In this document: positions 21,101-33,384 of the stretch, one piece after another
Position numbering within the stretch: the first letter of the stretch is position 1
Layout: every line of letters starts with the position of its first letter
Translations under genes and position numbers: made by a program
Notes under the pieces: model-generated
The model's database searches: none
Told to the model about the DNA's origin: nothing
The model's input: the letters and a program-made list of their open reading frames with translations, nothing else
DNA from: Cyanidioschyzon merolae
Lineage: Eukaryota
Length of the DNA: 64,000 nucleotides
Direction: 5' to 3' (one strand)
NCBI GenBank assembly: GCA_000091205.1
Contig: AP006487.2

Positions 21101-24100
21101 GCAACGGCGACGACGACGACGACGTCGACCGCCCAACGCGCTGCCCTTATCGCGAGCACTCGTCGGAACAGTATCCGACCGCGTATGGACGTGGATTGTA
21201 ACGGTTTTGGACTTGTCCCGGTACTCGTTTCAACAGCTGGTGCGAGCGATGATCCGTTTCACCAAGCGCATGATCCGACGCAATATGGATCTCCATAGCG
21301 GCAGTGAGCTCGAGATCGTCGTTGAAATTCTCGGCATACAGGAGGAGCCATACATAGATCCTCTGGATGATTGGAAACTGACAAAAAGAGTCTGGTATCA
21401 GTTACCAGGTGGTCAGCGAGCGTACTTACCGAGCCTTCATGCATCCACAGCGGATGCCGAGGACGGATACCAGTATCATGAGGCGGAGCAGGTCCCCGGT
21501 GACGCCCAAGACGCGAGTACGCAGGGCCCGGATCCATCGGCGCTGGAGGATGCGCAGGTGCCGCGGCCTGCCTGCGAGTGACGCTGCCGAACAGGGTTCT
21601 ACAGCGCTCTTGATTGACAGGGTACTTGTACTGAGGCAGGACGAGCGCTGCTTGTCGTTGACACGAGCTTGGGCCGCACGCAAGACCACGGGCATGATGG
21701 TACAGCATGGGTAGTCGCGTGTCTAGTTTGGAAGATGCCTATTTTATGAATTCGACGAGGATGTGCATCGCGTCGTTCGACGCATACGGCGTGGCGTTCG
21801 AGCACCACGCATCCTCGGGGCGCGCATGTGTGCCTACCCGAGTCGACCGCTCAGCGCAGCGTACGCTTACCTGGCATCGAATCCGGAGTATTGGCCGGGG
21901 CGGCTTCGAGGAGTATGCGGAGGATCCTGCTTGCTGCCTGTTAGATGGATACACGCTCTTCCTTCTCAATGCGGAACTGCGGGAAAATTCAATGTTGCTG
22001 ATCCGAAACACCGACGATCTGGAGCGAATGCCTCGTCAAGGCATCTCCATCTTCTGGGCACAACGTGGGCCAGCATCGCGCCACCCGAAACCCCACATCA
22101 AGTTTCGGTTGCCTGCAGCCATACCGCTCGATGTGAATGTCGTCTAGCAGCGGATTCGGGGCCAGCGCAGGCCGCTGCTACGGCGTCCGGGCGTCTCTTT
22201 TCTGCAAGCTGTGTTACACTGCAAGTTGGCGACCCAGAAAGCCACTTTCGATTCATTTACAAAGGACGGTATGCGTGGTTTTGTATTGAACAAAAAGGTC
22301 CGAGTCCCGGTGACTTGACGCGAAACGAGGCGTATGTGTTCATGCAGATGCATCGTCCACACAGAGAGCGTCGCTCATGGATTTCGGAGACGCATCTGGC
22401 TACTGGGACAAAGCGCGATGTGGTATTGGGTGTGTGCTTCCACTGCCATGAGCTGATGCCTCGTAAGGGGCGTTCGAGCGGCGGTCTATTTTATTGGTGG
22501 ACGTCAACGAAGACGAGACTGATCCACGGGTCCGGTATCGCAAACGTCTCAAGCTGCTGACGCCCTCGAATCGCTCACTGACGCCACTGAGGTTTGTCTA
22601 TCGCTCCTGGAGCGCTCTTTTTAGAGATGCGCTGTAGCGAGGGTATGTCGATGGCGCTCAGGCAAAGGTCGTTTGCTGCTGCACGGGCGACGGGCATTGC
22701 GCTCTGCAGCAGCAACAGCAACAGCGACTTTCGCGGTCGCCGGTTGAGCAGACCTTGAGTTCGCTTGACGGGCGATCTTGGACAGTATCACTGGGTGCTG
22801 GGCAAACCTGCGTTTGTGCAACCATTCATATGCGTCAAGTGCATTGGACGAGCACCTATGAAAGATCTTGTCGCATGCAGGCATACCCCAGCGAGTCACT
22901 TTGAGCATACGTGATCATGTGCACTGCACTGGAATACCTGCGACGTACTCGGTTCCACACTTGTTCTTATCTGTCCAGGTGGAGCGTTCATCCGTTGGAA
23001 TCGCCGACTTGTTTCTGTAATGGTTCTGCTGGCAGTGTCGCGTTCGAGCGACAGGTTGGACGCTCCACCGAGACCCCTGAATGGCGGAGAGCTTGCTGTG
23101 GCGTATTCGTTGCGTCCTGCGTGCAGCAGGCACGATGGAGGCCAGCCCGATGCCTTCACGGTACTGAGCGTCTCGTTTCCATGTGTGGATTGTATCGCAG
23201 CTGCCCTGCACTCGAGTTTAGCGTGCCTAGTTGCCACGGCTTGCTTGCGTGCTCGCTCGCGCTGCTCCAGCGATAAACAACCGACAGACTGTTTACCCTG
23301 ACCCCAGAGCCTGCAATCGGTGATCAATATCGGCAGCCGTGGCATAGTATGAATCGTTCCGTGCCATATCTCCAAGTTCCGCTAGCGGTACTGCCCTTCG
23401 GGTATTCTGGTCATTTCGAATATTCCAGACCTGAAAGTTCCACTGGCCTGAGGCTATACCTGCCGTCGAAGATACTGGTTATTTCGTACCTTCTTTCGCC
23501 CTTCTGTGCATCGAGGTTGCCGTTAGCATCCGCACTAGCGCCGCTACATCGCTGCGGACACCGCACGGAGACGGAAAGGTTCGGCTATATCACTGATATG
23601 GTCGGCTCGAGCCGAGCTCGAGTTATATCGTGACGCGGGGATCCAGCAGTCGATGTATGCAGGCCTACCTTCGCGTGACGACGCGCTCAAGGAACTTGAT
23701 CGTTAGAACGAAACCTGGGCACCGGTTCTTGCTTGCGCTAACGCCACTTGAATGCTTCACTGTATCGCCACGCGGACTTTTGCACGGCACCCGTCCAGTG
23801 GGCAGCTGCATGAACCGCTGTACCCGTGTGCTCATCCATTTCCCGAGACCTTTTGCCAGGATGGCAGACACGCCGTCCCTGCATCGGGAAGCACGCCTCA
23901 TGTCCTCGGTGTGCGTCGACAGCACCTGTGTCCAGTACCCGAACATATCGCCTATTGCGCTAGCGAAGCAGCTCCATACTGCCTCTGCTTCGGCACTATC
24001 GGGCTATTCCGAATGCAAAGCTCAGTATCGGCGCATTATGGAACATACGATATGACCAGCGTCTTCAACGGGAAGTATGAGCATTGGAACGCGGAGAAAC

Positions 24101-25475
24101 GATGAAGCATCAAGGGCGCTTTCCCGATCGCGTCTATCAGGCGCATTACAGTCTTTCAGCTCAACATCGGTTCAAAGTCGCTGCAGTGGACAGCAGGAGA
24201 TCGAAATCAGGATGCCATGTACTGAATAGGCTGTTGAGGAATTACCTGTAGAATATATATTCTTAACTGAACAGCACAAGGAGGACTGCATTCGTCTTTC
24301 AGGTCAGACGCATCACAATACGTAGATGGTCGAGGAACACTGAAAGAAACACGTAGATGCGCTCCGCTCCAAAATCCGGTATTCTCGAAGAGTACCTGCT
24401 GTCAATCGCAGAGAGCCGGTCAGTTGAATACCTTACGGAAAGCAACAGCGACGATCGTAGCGACTACGTGGGTCAAATTTTCTCGCCAGCTTGTTCGTGT
24501 AATCCTGAAAACACTGGGATACGAGCGCAAAAGAGTCCTAGATGAGACACGGCCTTCCTCGACCGAAATCGCAACTACAACAAAAAACCCTGGAACGATG
24601 CGATGTGTACGAAGTATAGGATCGTCGGTTTGTTATTTTTGCAGTCGATGAGACTTGCTTCGGATGAAAGCGTCGGAGCGTATATGGGTACTCGCGGAGC
24701 AGGGCGCCCGTTGCGAATGGACGATTGAACTTGAGGAGACAGAGGACATTGTCTGTTCTAGCTTTAGTGGATTTATTTGGCGGCCCCAGTTAAGCTTATA
24801 GAGAACGCTCATATAACAGCACGGACACTGTTGTCGAATCATCGAAGAGTTTCCCCGAACCTCGGGCGACGTTCCCCTGCAGGACAGAGTGGCATTTCAC
24901 GATGCGCTGTGCGTTCGCGCTTCTCCGGATTCTATCGGGATCGCGCCGCTTTCCATTCCTCGGTACGCTCCATAATTCAGCCTCATCGAAGGAGTATTTT
25001 CTATTGTAAAAAAAGTAATGATTGCTTTTCTGGACGAATCGCTGAAGCGTTCAGCACACAGTGACACGCAGGAACACATGTCGTTGTCCTTCTGCACGTC
25101 CTTCTTCCTCCGGGAGGGCCCTGACTCACGGTCATGCAGCTGTGCGTCCTCTGAAGAAATGAAAAATCCAAGGGATAGGTATCGTCATGAAAGTCGAGGA
25201 TCCCAGAGGCCCCGTGTCGAAGAGTTTCACTGAAAAACGGAAGAAAACCGCTTCGCGCGTCTCTTCAATCTTCTCTCTGCTCGATTATCAGCGAGGTGGA
25301 TGTTTTCGGGGGGTTTTCGGGGGGTTTTCCCGGCACTCGGCGACACTGGACCCACTAGAATCCCCTACATCCACGTCCATATCTATCCCTCGGATTTTGT
25401 CTTCCACCAAATGGTTGCACCTCGAACAGTCTGTTAAAAAAAGCGAAACAAGCATTTGATGACACGCATCTGGAC

Positions 25476-26435
25476 GTGGAACACAATTCAGGTGAAAGAC
25501 CAGAAACGTCGACAAGTGCGCGACGCAGCAGCAGCGGCAGCCGCATTCTTGTTGAGGTTGTCGTTCTACCGCTGCGACTGCGCTCGCGTGCTGTACAACA
25601 ACTCGCTGCTGCTCATTTCGGCTTGTGTCCAGGACCAAGCATGGCATCTGGAGCGAGTGCGGAACATCTGTGTGGTTTTCTGGGGCTACCCGGGGTTGCG
25701 TTTCTCCGCAGAGGAACAGTCGTGCGTGCGGCAGAGCGGAGGCAGTTGGCGTCTCCGGGAGTCCGGCGAAGAGCACCCGCGTCGCGCAGACGAGAACGCA
25801 GCACACGGACGCTGGTTCAGGAGTTTTCGCGACGTGGTCAGGATGCCATTGACTCGCGTGTACCGGAGCTTGTGGAGGAAGTCGACCCTGGCATCGTGCC
25901 AGGCGTCAGTCTGCGCATCGTTCGTTACCCGCACCGCGTCCTCCGGGCACCGAACGAACCGGTTACCGTTTTCGACGACGCTTTGCTGAAACTCGTACGT
26001 GACATGTTCAAGGTTATGTATGCAAGCAGGGGCGTTGGACTTGCAGCTCCGCAAGTTGGTATCAACAAACGGGTGATGGTCTTTAACCCAAAAGGTGACC
26101 CCCGGGCGTGGCTGAGCGAGGTTGCGCTCGTGAACCCGCGAATCATTGAGCGAAGCGAGGCCACGGAGGAGGGTATGGAAGGCTGTCTCAGTTTCCCAGG
26201 GGTATCGGGCGATATCGAGCGCTCGCTCATGATCAAGGTGGAGGCGATGAAACCGAACGGGAAACGCTTTCAGGTCAAGTATCAGGGTTGGACGGCCCGA
26301 ATTTTCCAGCACGAATACGACCATCTGGATGGCGTGCTCTTCATTGATCGGATGAAACCGGCGGTGCGGGAGCAGAACCGCGGGGCGCTCGAGAACCTCA
26401 TGCGGCAAGTGCCCGAGTCGGAGCGTGCCCTCTGA
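25476..26435 (+). CDS. PDF: Peptide deformylase (organelle-type) with a ~130-180 aa N-terminal extension that looks like a presequence
   Basis: All three PDF motifs are present: GVGLAAPQVG (motif I), EGCLSFPG (motif II) and QHEYDHLDG (motif III). The core starts around IVRYPHRVLRAPNEPV. The track start is a GTG; the in-frame ATG MASGASAEHL lies at ~25641. The N-terminal region is Arg/Ser/Ala-rich, consistent with a transit peptide. Confidence 0.8.
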   Translation: MEHNSGERPETSTSARRSSSGSRILVEVVVLPLRLRSRAVQQLAAAHFGLCPGPSMASGASAEHLCGFLGLPGVAFLRRGTVVRAAERRQLASPGVRRRAPASRRRERSTRTLVQEFSRRGQDAIDSRVPELVEEVDPGIVPGVSLRIVRYPHRVLRAPNEPVTVFDDALLKLVRDMFKVMYASRGVGLAAPQVGINKRVMVFNPKGDPRAWLSEVALVNPRIIERSEATEEGMEGCLSFPGVSGDIERSLMIKVEAMKPNGKRFQVKYQGWTARIFQHEYDHLDGVLFIDRMKPAVREQNRGALENLMRQVPESERAL

Positions 26436-26918
26436 ACAACACACAGGCGACCAGGCACAACCCGGGGGATGCAAAGCGCATGCTCCACAACCGGTATCAC
26501 TTGGAGGTAGCGGGAACCAGCGCTGCAGCACATGCTCTAGCGGCATCAAGTGGACGTCGAGCTACGCGCGTGGAATCGGTCTTGAAGCGGTGTCTTCCTG
26601 TCCATGGAAGATCCCGTGCGAGGCTTTGAGTGTATGCGCTGACGACGTTGCAGGGTTGCGCTGCTGGGGCCCTGGCACCCGCTTTCGACACCCCGGATGC
26701 CAACAGTGACGTTTTGCATCGTCGCGCTTGATCAACAAGCTCCAGAAGACAAAAGCATCACCGGACCTTCAAGGCTGCTTGCAGTCGAGCGGTGGCTGAG
26801 TGCCTGCGTGTCTGCAATGTCCCAGTCGCGTGGTGCTCGTCGGATTCCCAGAACCCAGGAACGACTCATGCTGATGAGGTAATCGACGTCACCGAGCGCA
26901 CCCGTTCGCTCCGAAGCC

Positions 26919-28625
26919 TCAAATGCTGTGCAGTGATGACCCTGGCGTCGACTGCTCGAGTTGAACCTTCACGAGCTCCTCAAGAAGCACGGCTAGACAA
27001 ATCGTCACCATGGGTGAGGATGCAGGCGCATTCGCCCTTTGTAGTGCCGCTTTTGCCAGTTTTAAAAAGCATCCCGATGGAAGGCTTGGCGCAGAGGTCT
27101 GAATCGGATTCCACGCACTGATTTGCTCAGCGGGTAACGGTGCGTTCGGCAACGAACAGCCGTGTAAAGTGAGCACGTCTGACCCTGGCAGGCCGACTGC
27201 ACGGGACCATCGCGCAGCTCGTTGTATAAAGGCGGCGAGGCTGGTGCCCATGCGGACCTGTCGCTGAAACCCCAGCGGGGCCCCGTAAATCCAGGAGCCG
27301 CGAATGGACCCGTAGATACCGCAACAAGCCAGGATACAGTCTCCGTGCGACGGCAGCACGCCTAGCTTGACGAGTGTGCTTACCGATGCCCCATAGAGCG
27401 TGCGTTTGCGCGGCACCTGGGTTACAGGCCGGCACATCGGATTCGCCCGTATTGGCCTGGAGTGCAGCAGGGGCCACATGGACGCCGGCACACCCAGTCC
27501 GTCCAGCCTCAGTGCTGCGGCCACGAACGGCACTAGTTCGTCTCGGGGTACGGGCGTTCGGGCGCTTTGGTTGCAGCTGAACCAGCGAACGAGTCCATGA
27601 GCCAGAAACGCCTGCAGCGAAGGCCACGGGTATTGCGGTACTGGCGAGCATTCCGCAGCATCGCCGGCAGGCAGCGGGACGACGATGCCGCCCTCTCGAA
27701 CGATACCTACCACGTCCGGGGACGTTCCATGAGCCAAGTCGCCCGAGGCGGTTTCTGGTCCGAAGCAGATCCACGTCCCTGGTCCAAGGTAACCTAGTTC
27801 CCAGAGGTATGCTGGAAACCATTCCAGCTGACGCCATGCTTCGACGCTTTGATCGATTCGTGCCCCGCCTTGTGCGCTTAGCTGATACAGGTATTCGCGG
27901 TCGCTTGCCTTGGCGGCGTCCATACCCACACCGTAAAAGTAGAATGCACCAAGAAGCGTTACCAGTGATATACCGTAGGGATCCAAGGTTTCGAGTGGAG
28001 GCTCTGGTTCGCAGGTCGCGGAGTCTGGCGGTGCAGCGCTCGTCCATAACTGTGCTTCACAAAGCGCTCGCCATTCCGCTGCAGTACAGCGGGTACAGAA
28101 GAAAGTCTTCGACACAGCGGGTCCAGGAGATGCGCTTGTGTTAGCTGCTGTCGCTGTTACCCCCTCAACGACGCACGAGGCGTCATCCCGCAGCGTCGGA
28201 TAACGAGGCAGGTGTACGCGGAGACGATCACGTACCTGTCGCAGGGAGCGCGTTCCAACGTACGCTGCAACTCGCTGAACATCAACAAGGCCATCAGCTC
28301 TCCGAAACAACTCGCACGCCTCTGCCAAGCGAGTAAGTTCAACTGAACTCCAGTGTCGCCGCCGTTGTCGTCGTCGCGTGCTCCCCAAGTAGTTCGTGGT
28401 GGACGCGTCTCGCTCTGCCGGTGTCGGTGCTGGTGCGGAACGTTGCTCACGCAACCAACGAAGGTATACCTGTCGTTTGGTCCGCGTACCAACATGGGCA
28501 ACGACCTCTGCCCAGTTGATGCGCTCACTGGACTCTTGTTTCGCGAGCGCTTCTCGAAACCGAGCGAGTTCCGCAACGCTCCAGCGACTCGACGCTGCTC
28601 CGAAACGAGGCGCTGCGTCTGGCAT
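26919..28625 (-). CDS. Myb/SANT-domain protein (two N-terminal SANT-like repeats) with a large uncharacterised C-terminal domain
   Basis: The ATG at 28625 was verified. The SANT-like repeats are WSVAELARFREALAK...INWAEVVAHVGTRTKRQVYLRW and WSSVELTRLAEACELF...VQRVAAYVGTRSLRQVRDRL. I do not recognise the remaining ~400 aa. Confidence 0.5.
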   Translation of the reverse strand: MPDAAPRFGAASSRWSVAELARFREALAKQESSERINWAEVVAHVGTRTKRQVYLRWLREQRSAPAPTPAERDASTTNYLGSTRRRQRRRHWSSVELTRLAEACELFRRADGLVDVQRVAAYVGTRSLRQVRDRLRVHLPRYPTLRDDASCVVEGVTATAANTSASPGPAVSKTFFCTRCTAAEWRALCEAQLWTSAAPPDSATCEPEPPLETLDPYGISLVTLLGAFYFYGVGMDAAKASDREYLYQLSAQGGARIDQSVEAWRQLEWFPAYLWELGYLGPGTWICFGPETASGDLAHGTSPDVVGIVREGGIVVPLPAGDAAECSPVPQYPWPSLQAFLAHGLVRWFSCNQSARTPVPRDELVPFVAAALRLDGLGVPASMWPLLHSRPIRANPMCRPVTQVPRKRTLYGASVSTLVKLGVLPSHGDCILACCGIYGSIRGSWIYGAPLGFQRQVRMGTSLAAFIQRAARWSRAVGLPGSDVLTLHGCSLPNAPLPAEQISAWNPIQTSAPSLPSGCFLKLAKAALQRANAPASSPMVTICLAVLLEELVKVQLEQSTPGSSLHSI

Positions 28626-30885
28626 GAAGACTACGGTTGAGACTCGGTGCTCGATGTCCGATAGCCGCGTGATGAGATATCGTTCGCAACTGCAGCTTCG
28701 AAGGCGGTTTCTTGATCATACTGGCAAGCGAACGAGCGCCTGTATCGACGGCAACTCCAACCTTGCCATCAAGGCGGATGCAGCGCTCAGCGCAGCGGCT
28801 CGAGGCTCTGCTGCAGCCGCTCCGCTCCCGCTGGTATGCAGCCACCCGAAACAACGCTTACTGTTTCCGGAAAAGTTATTTGTTTTCGGATATTGAGAAA
28901 CCAGTGGCAGTATTCAAGGGTTGCAGGTCCAGATGAACGCTGGTTCACAGGCACGCGACTGGACGTTCCGAGTTTGCACAGGAGGCTCGAGGCGGAACCA
29001 GCGAAGCGCCAGTGCTGTTTACAGGCCTCGTGAGCGTTCTGCTGGCGAATGCGTAGAATAAGCGAGCCAAATTCGTCTAATCGGCCTCAGGGTGTTTGGT
29101 TCGTTGAAAGGTATTCTGAAACTAGAGTCAAGTTTGCATGTTGAAAAGACGCCGCGCCCTATGCGGCGTCAAACGTGCGCATGCACCTTGCAGTGCAGGA
29201 GATTCGAAAGAATGCATAGCCCAGGCATGTGTTTATAATGTTGTGCATATGTTTTTGTATCTGAACGTATATGTGCGGCTTTGTGTCGACCGGTCTCGTG
29301 ACCGGCTAGTCTAACAAGCGAGCTCAGGCAAGGACCGGTCGTTTTGGAAAACGGCAGCATTTGGAACGCGACACACATCCGTGGTAGACCAGAACGGAGC
29401 AGTGCGCTCTGTACCTGCTTTGTTGATGTTCGCATCTGAACTTGTTTTTGAGATGTACAGACCCGATACTAGAAGAGCAACCATAAGGGCATGCGGATTC
29501 ATACGTCGATTCAGGATTCTCGGTCGTTATTGTTTTTCGATGTAGCGCCTTGGAAGCATTGTCGCTGCAAGGCGTGACACCACCGGAATGAAGAGGACTC
29601 GCGACGCAGTCGAACATGGGAACGCAAGAAAGCATCGATATCCGTATGCAATGCAGACGTGCAAGCATCCACGATTCTTCTTTGCTTGTGTATAGCAGGT
29701 TCAAATCACATATTCTTCACGTTCTCGATCTTTATGTTTAAAGGCAACCATCGTACGCAGCGATTCGCGCTGCTGAACTGACGAGGAGAAAAACTCGACG
29801 TTGACCGTTGGCGAATTTTTCGCAAGCTCATGCGAAAAGATCACTGAACATACCATGTCCAGTAATAATTTCGGTTTGATAGATGATTGCTCCTCCCGTC
29901 GTGGCCATCGACGAATCTGGATTCGAAACCTGCATGATACCTCTTTGGGGATCTGTGCTCAGTGGCTGACGTCGCTTCTGTTTGCACGGGACAGGCGCTT
30001 GGACTCCGGTCTGAGTTTTTTTTGTATCTCTCGCTCGCAATGGTGCAAGCGTAGCCGGGTCGGAATGCCTCGACGTGTTGTCCAGTCTGAATTCTCCTTC
30101 TGGTTCGTGTTTCATCAAGGACAAGATCGCTTTCCACAAAATATCTTATTGGATGCAACAGTACGTTCTTGCGTGTCCAGCAGACAGAACAGTCGCAGAA
30201 CGAATCGCCCAGAGGAAGGCCGCGACCACAGTGTACGGCACCAGGCGTCGAAACGGAGGGGGGCATCGAGTGGAGCGCCCCTGTGTCCTTCAAGGGCGTA
30301 CACCTTGCGATGAAGCAAGTTTGACGCGACACGAGGCAGCGTCTGGAGGAGGCTGGATGGTGGTGCGCCTATGGAAGCACCCGACGGCACCCAAGTGTCG
30401 CCGCTGGAGATGGTGCACTGCTGCTGCTGCTGCTGCATACAAAGAAGATCAAAATGGCGAGCGAAATGTAGATGACGACTTCGGCCTCTGCATGAACGGC
30501 ATAGATAGATAAGTGCCCGAAACTTCACGTCCGAACTCGAACGCAGCTGTTGACAGCCTTCGACTATCAGGAGGGAAACTGGATGAAAGGACGGAGCAGC
30601 GTATTTACCACCGGATATAAGAAAGAGACGAGAAGGAAGCAGTCAAACAAAAATCCCGCAAAGGCCGGTACGAATGACACTGGCAGGGGACGCAAACTTT
30701 TGCATCCAAGCGCTAGCTACCAATGCCTGCCGGTTCCGCTTCATGCTAACATGAATTTCATCAGCGGTCGCGTATACTGGGCCCGATCTATCCGGGTCCG
30801 CGTTCAGGAGCCTTGCAGTGCAGGGCGCTTCTCGCGATACCGCACCAGGTGCTTCAGCGTTTCGCAGTGCGCCACCTTAAAACCG

Positions 30886-32238
30886 CTACGTCGTTCGAAA
30901 CCCGAAACTACTCACTGCGCGCTGTTGCTGGTGTCGTTCGAGATGCTCCCTAATTCGGTACAGGGGACGTCGGCCAGCTGGCGCCGCCTCTTGCGCGTAC
31001 CACGCTCGCACGGCTATCTCGGCGACAATACCAAGACCAAGAAAAATGAGTGCAGTCAGGGTCACGGAGGCAGAGAGCACAAGCAATGCTGTACGGCTAA
31101 CGAGTCGACCCAAGGGGTTTCTGCTCAAGTTGGACACGCCGGCAATCATTCCCAGCAGCGGCATGATCAGGGCGTTGGGTAGGAGGGCCAGCACCACAGC
31201 GATTGCTCCCAGCACGAGGGCAATCGTCCCGAACCAGTGCATAGGCCGTGTCGCCTGCCGAGTAAGGTAATGGAGCAGCACCAGATCGCAAATGACGCGA
31301 AACGTGCGACCAAGGCCGTACTTGCTGGCACCGTAACGTCGCGGTCGATGACGAACCTCCATCTGACCGAGGCGAGCACCTTCGATTTTGGCTAAAACTG
31401 GTATAAATCGATGCATTTGGCCGAATAGTTGGATATCGCTCAGAATGTCGGCGCGGTAGGCCTTGAGTGAGCATCCTAGATCGTTCACTTCGTGGACTCC
31501 GGTTGCCGTGCGAATGAGCGCATTCGCCACCTGGCTGAGCCACGTGCGTATCGGGTCGTCGCGTCGCTGCCGACGCCATCCGCTCACGACATCGAGCGAT
31601 GCTTGCTTCAGCTTTTCCAGAAGAGGAAAGATATCTTGCGGCTCCTGCTGCAAGTCACCGTCCATGGTGACAACAACTTCGCCCTGGGCTGCATCAAATC
31701 CAGCTGCCAGCGCTGCTGTCTGTCCATAGTTTCGACGGAAAAAGACCCCCACGAGGTGCGAGGGCAGCAACAACCTCTCGCCAGCTGGGGCGTTGTACTC
31801 GTCACGCAGTATGTTACGTAGCAGTGCCGTCGTGCCGTCGGTAGAGCCATCGTCGACAAGCACAACCTCAACCTGCCCACGGTACTGCTCTGGTGCGCTC
31901 TCCGTCTCCAGTGCCTCGTAGAGCGCACGCAGCAAAGCAACCAGAGCCTCAGACTCGTTGTAGAGCGGGATCACAACAGAAACGGGGTATTTGTACATAC
32001 GCTGGTCTCGAAGAGGACGAAACGGTACCCGAGGAACAGACGCGGAGCCTTTGTCTTGGGATCGGAGCCAAGGTTTGCCCAGTTGTTCGCGAGCGCTAGG
32101 TGCTTCCTCGTGTCGCGCTCGTACAGACAACGATCGACTCGAAAAGCCAAGCTCCCTAGGAGAACACCGATACCTGCACGCCTGCAACCTACGCTGATCG
32201 CATGGCAGCTTGTAATAGACAATGAAACCCGGACGCAT
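30886..32238 (-). CDS. GT2-family polyprenyl-phosphate glycosyltransferase (DPM1/GtrB/ArnC-like) with two C-terminal TM helices and an N-terminal extension
   Basis: GT2 motifs: VSVVIPLYNESE, VVLVDDGSTDGT and TMDGDLQQEPQDI, followed by the hydrophobic helices WFGTIALVLGAIAVVLALL and ALLVLSASVTLTALIFLGLGIVAEIAV. The track start at 32262 is a TTG; the first ATG is at 32238 (MRPGFIV...), verified. Confidence 0.7.
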   Translation of the reverse strand: MRPGFIVYYKLPCDQRRLQACRYRCSPRELGFSSRSLSVRARHEEAPSAREQLGKPWLRSQDKGSASVPRVPFRPLRDQRMYKYPVSVVIPLYNESEALVALLRALYEALETESAPEQYRGQVEVVLVDDGSTDGTTALLRNILRDEYNAPAGERLLLPSHLVGVFFRRNYGQTAALAAGFDAAQGEVVVTMDGDLQQEPQDIFPLLEKLKQASLDVVSGWRRQRRDDPIRTWLSQVANALIRTATGVHEVNDLGCSLKAYRADILSDIQLFGQMHRFIPVLAKIEGARLGQMEVRHRPRRYGASKYGLGRTFRVICDLVLLHYLTRQATRPMHWFGTIALVLGAIAVVLALLPNALIMPLLGMIAGVSNLSRNPLGRLVSRTALLVLSASVTLTALIFLGLGIVAEIAVRAWYAQEAAPAGRRPLYRIREHLERHQQQRAVSSFGFRTT

Positions 32239-33384
32239 GCCTACAGGTGCAGCAGTGCTCAAGTCGCTGCCTCGAAGGACGCGTCCCTGCTACCCGGTGA
32301 GGCGCCCGACGGGCGGGCAGCGTTGGCGGCGCGCGCGAGACTCGACGATTGCCGCATTTGAGGCGTGGTGTACGTGCGTGCTGCGACGCTCGCTCGCCAC
32401 GTTGACGGGTACATCCGGCAACGTCGCGAGCTTCTCCAGGAGGCTCGGTACCCAAAGGTTGGTAGCGTCAGAACCTTGTCCTAGATGGGCAGCCTGGTCT
32501 GCAGTTGGCGGACCACAGACGTATTTTGAGGGGAGCAGTGGTACCTCTCCTGGTTGCTAACAGCAAGCGAAGTTGCACGGGGTCCCGGGTGCTCTCTTTC
32601 CCCTCTTACACCACACAAACCGCATCCAGTGAGAAAGGTACGAGATGCCAATGTACTATACGTAGAGGCAAGTGCAGCAAGATGGCGGCCTGTTCGCTGG
32701 TTGTCGGCAGCAGGCATGCATTTGGAAGATTCTCGCAAGGTTCATCGGCGCTGGACGTAAACAATATGCGCACAGCGGAGCATTCGTGCATAAAGCTCAG
32801 GTGCATCCCGACGCATGCGCACAGTACACATAAACGCGTGATGGAGCTTAACCGAGACCGTGGCTCGTCTCCGGAAAGCACCTTTGCTCTCGTCCAGCGC
32901 GGATGCGAAGGTACCGATCTCTGTCTCCAAAACGCAAACCTCGCGCTCCATTGGATGTTGTTCTTTTCGGGTTGCCGACCCGTTCTGGCTGACTTGCCTC
33001 TCTTCAGTCGAAGCGGGTACGTTGCTCGTTTGCATTCAACGCTCGATGTGCACTGATGTAATGCGTGGCGGTTGCGTTGAGGTTCAGGCAACGCTGCACA
33101 TCGCCGGAATCTGCCGTGACAAACGTGCATGCGAATAGACAGCATATTTCTGATTTCGAGTAGACGCTGATCGGGGTTTACGTGCGCTGCTTGCTAGGCC
33201 CGCATTTCTCCGCTTTTCGGCACTAGGGTTTTACAGAGTAAAACTGCTACGCTAGCGCGTGCAGGAGCACGCACCACACACCTCAGGTTGCGAGCTCGTC
33301 AATTGTCGAGCTCCAGCGCCCTGCATGGGCGTCCCTGTGCCGTGTGCATCGGCAAGCAATGGACCTGCGTAGCGCCCCGCGCAA

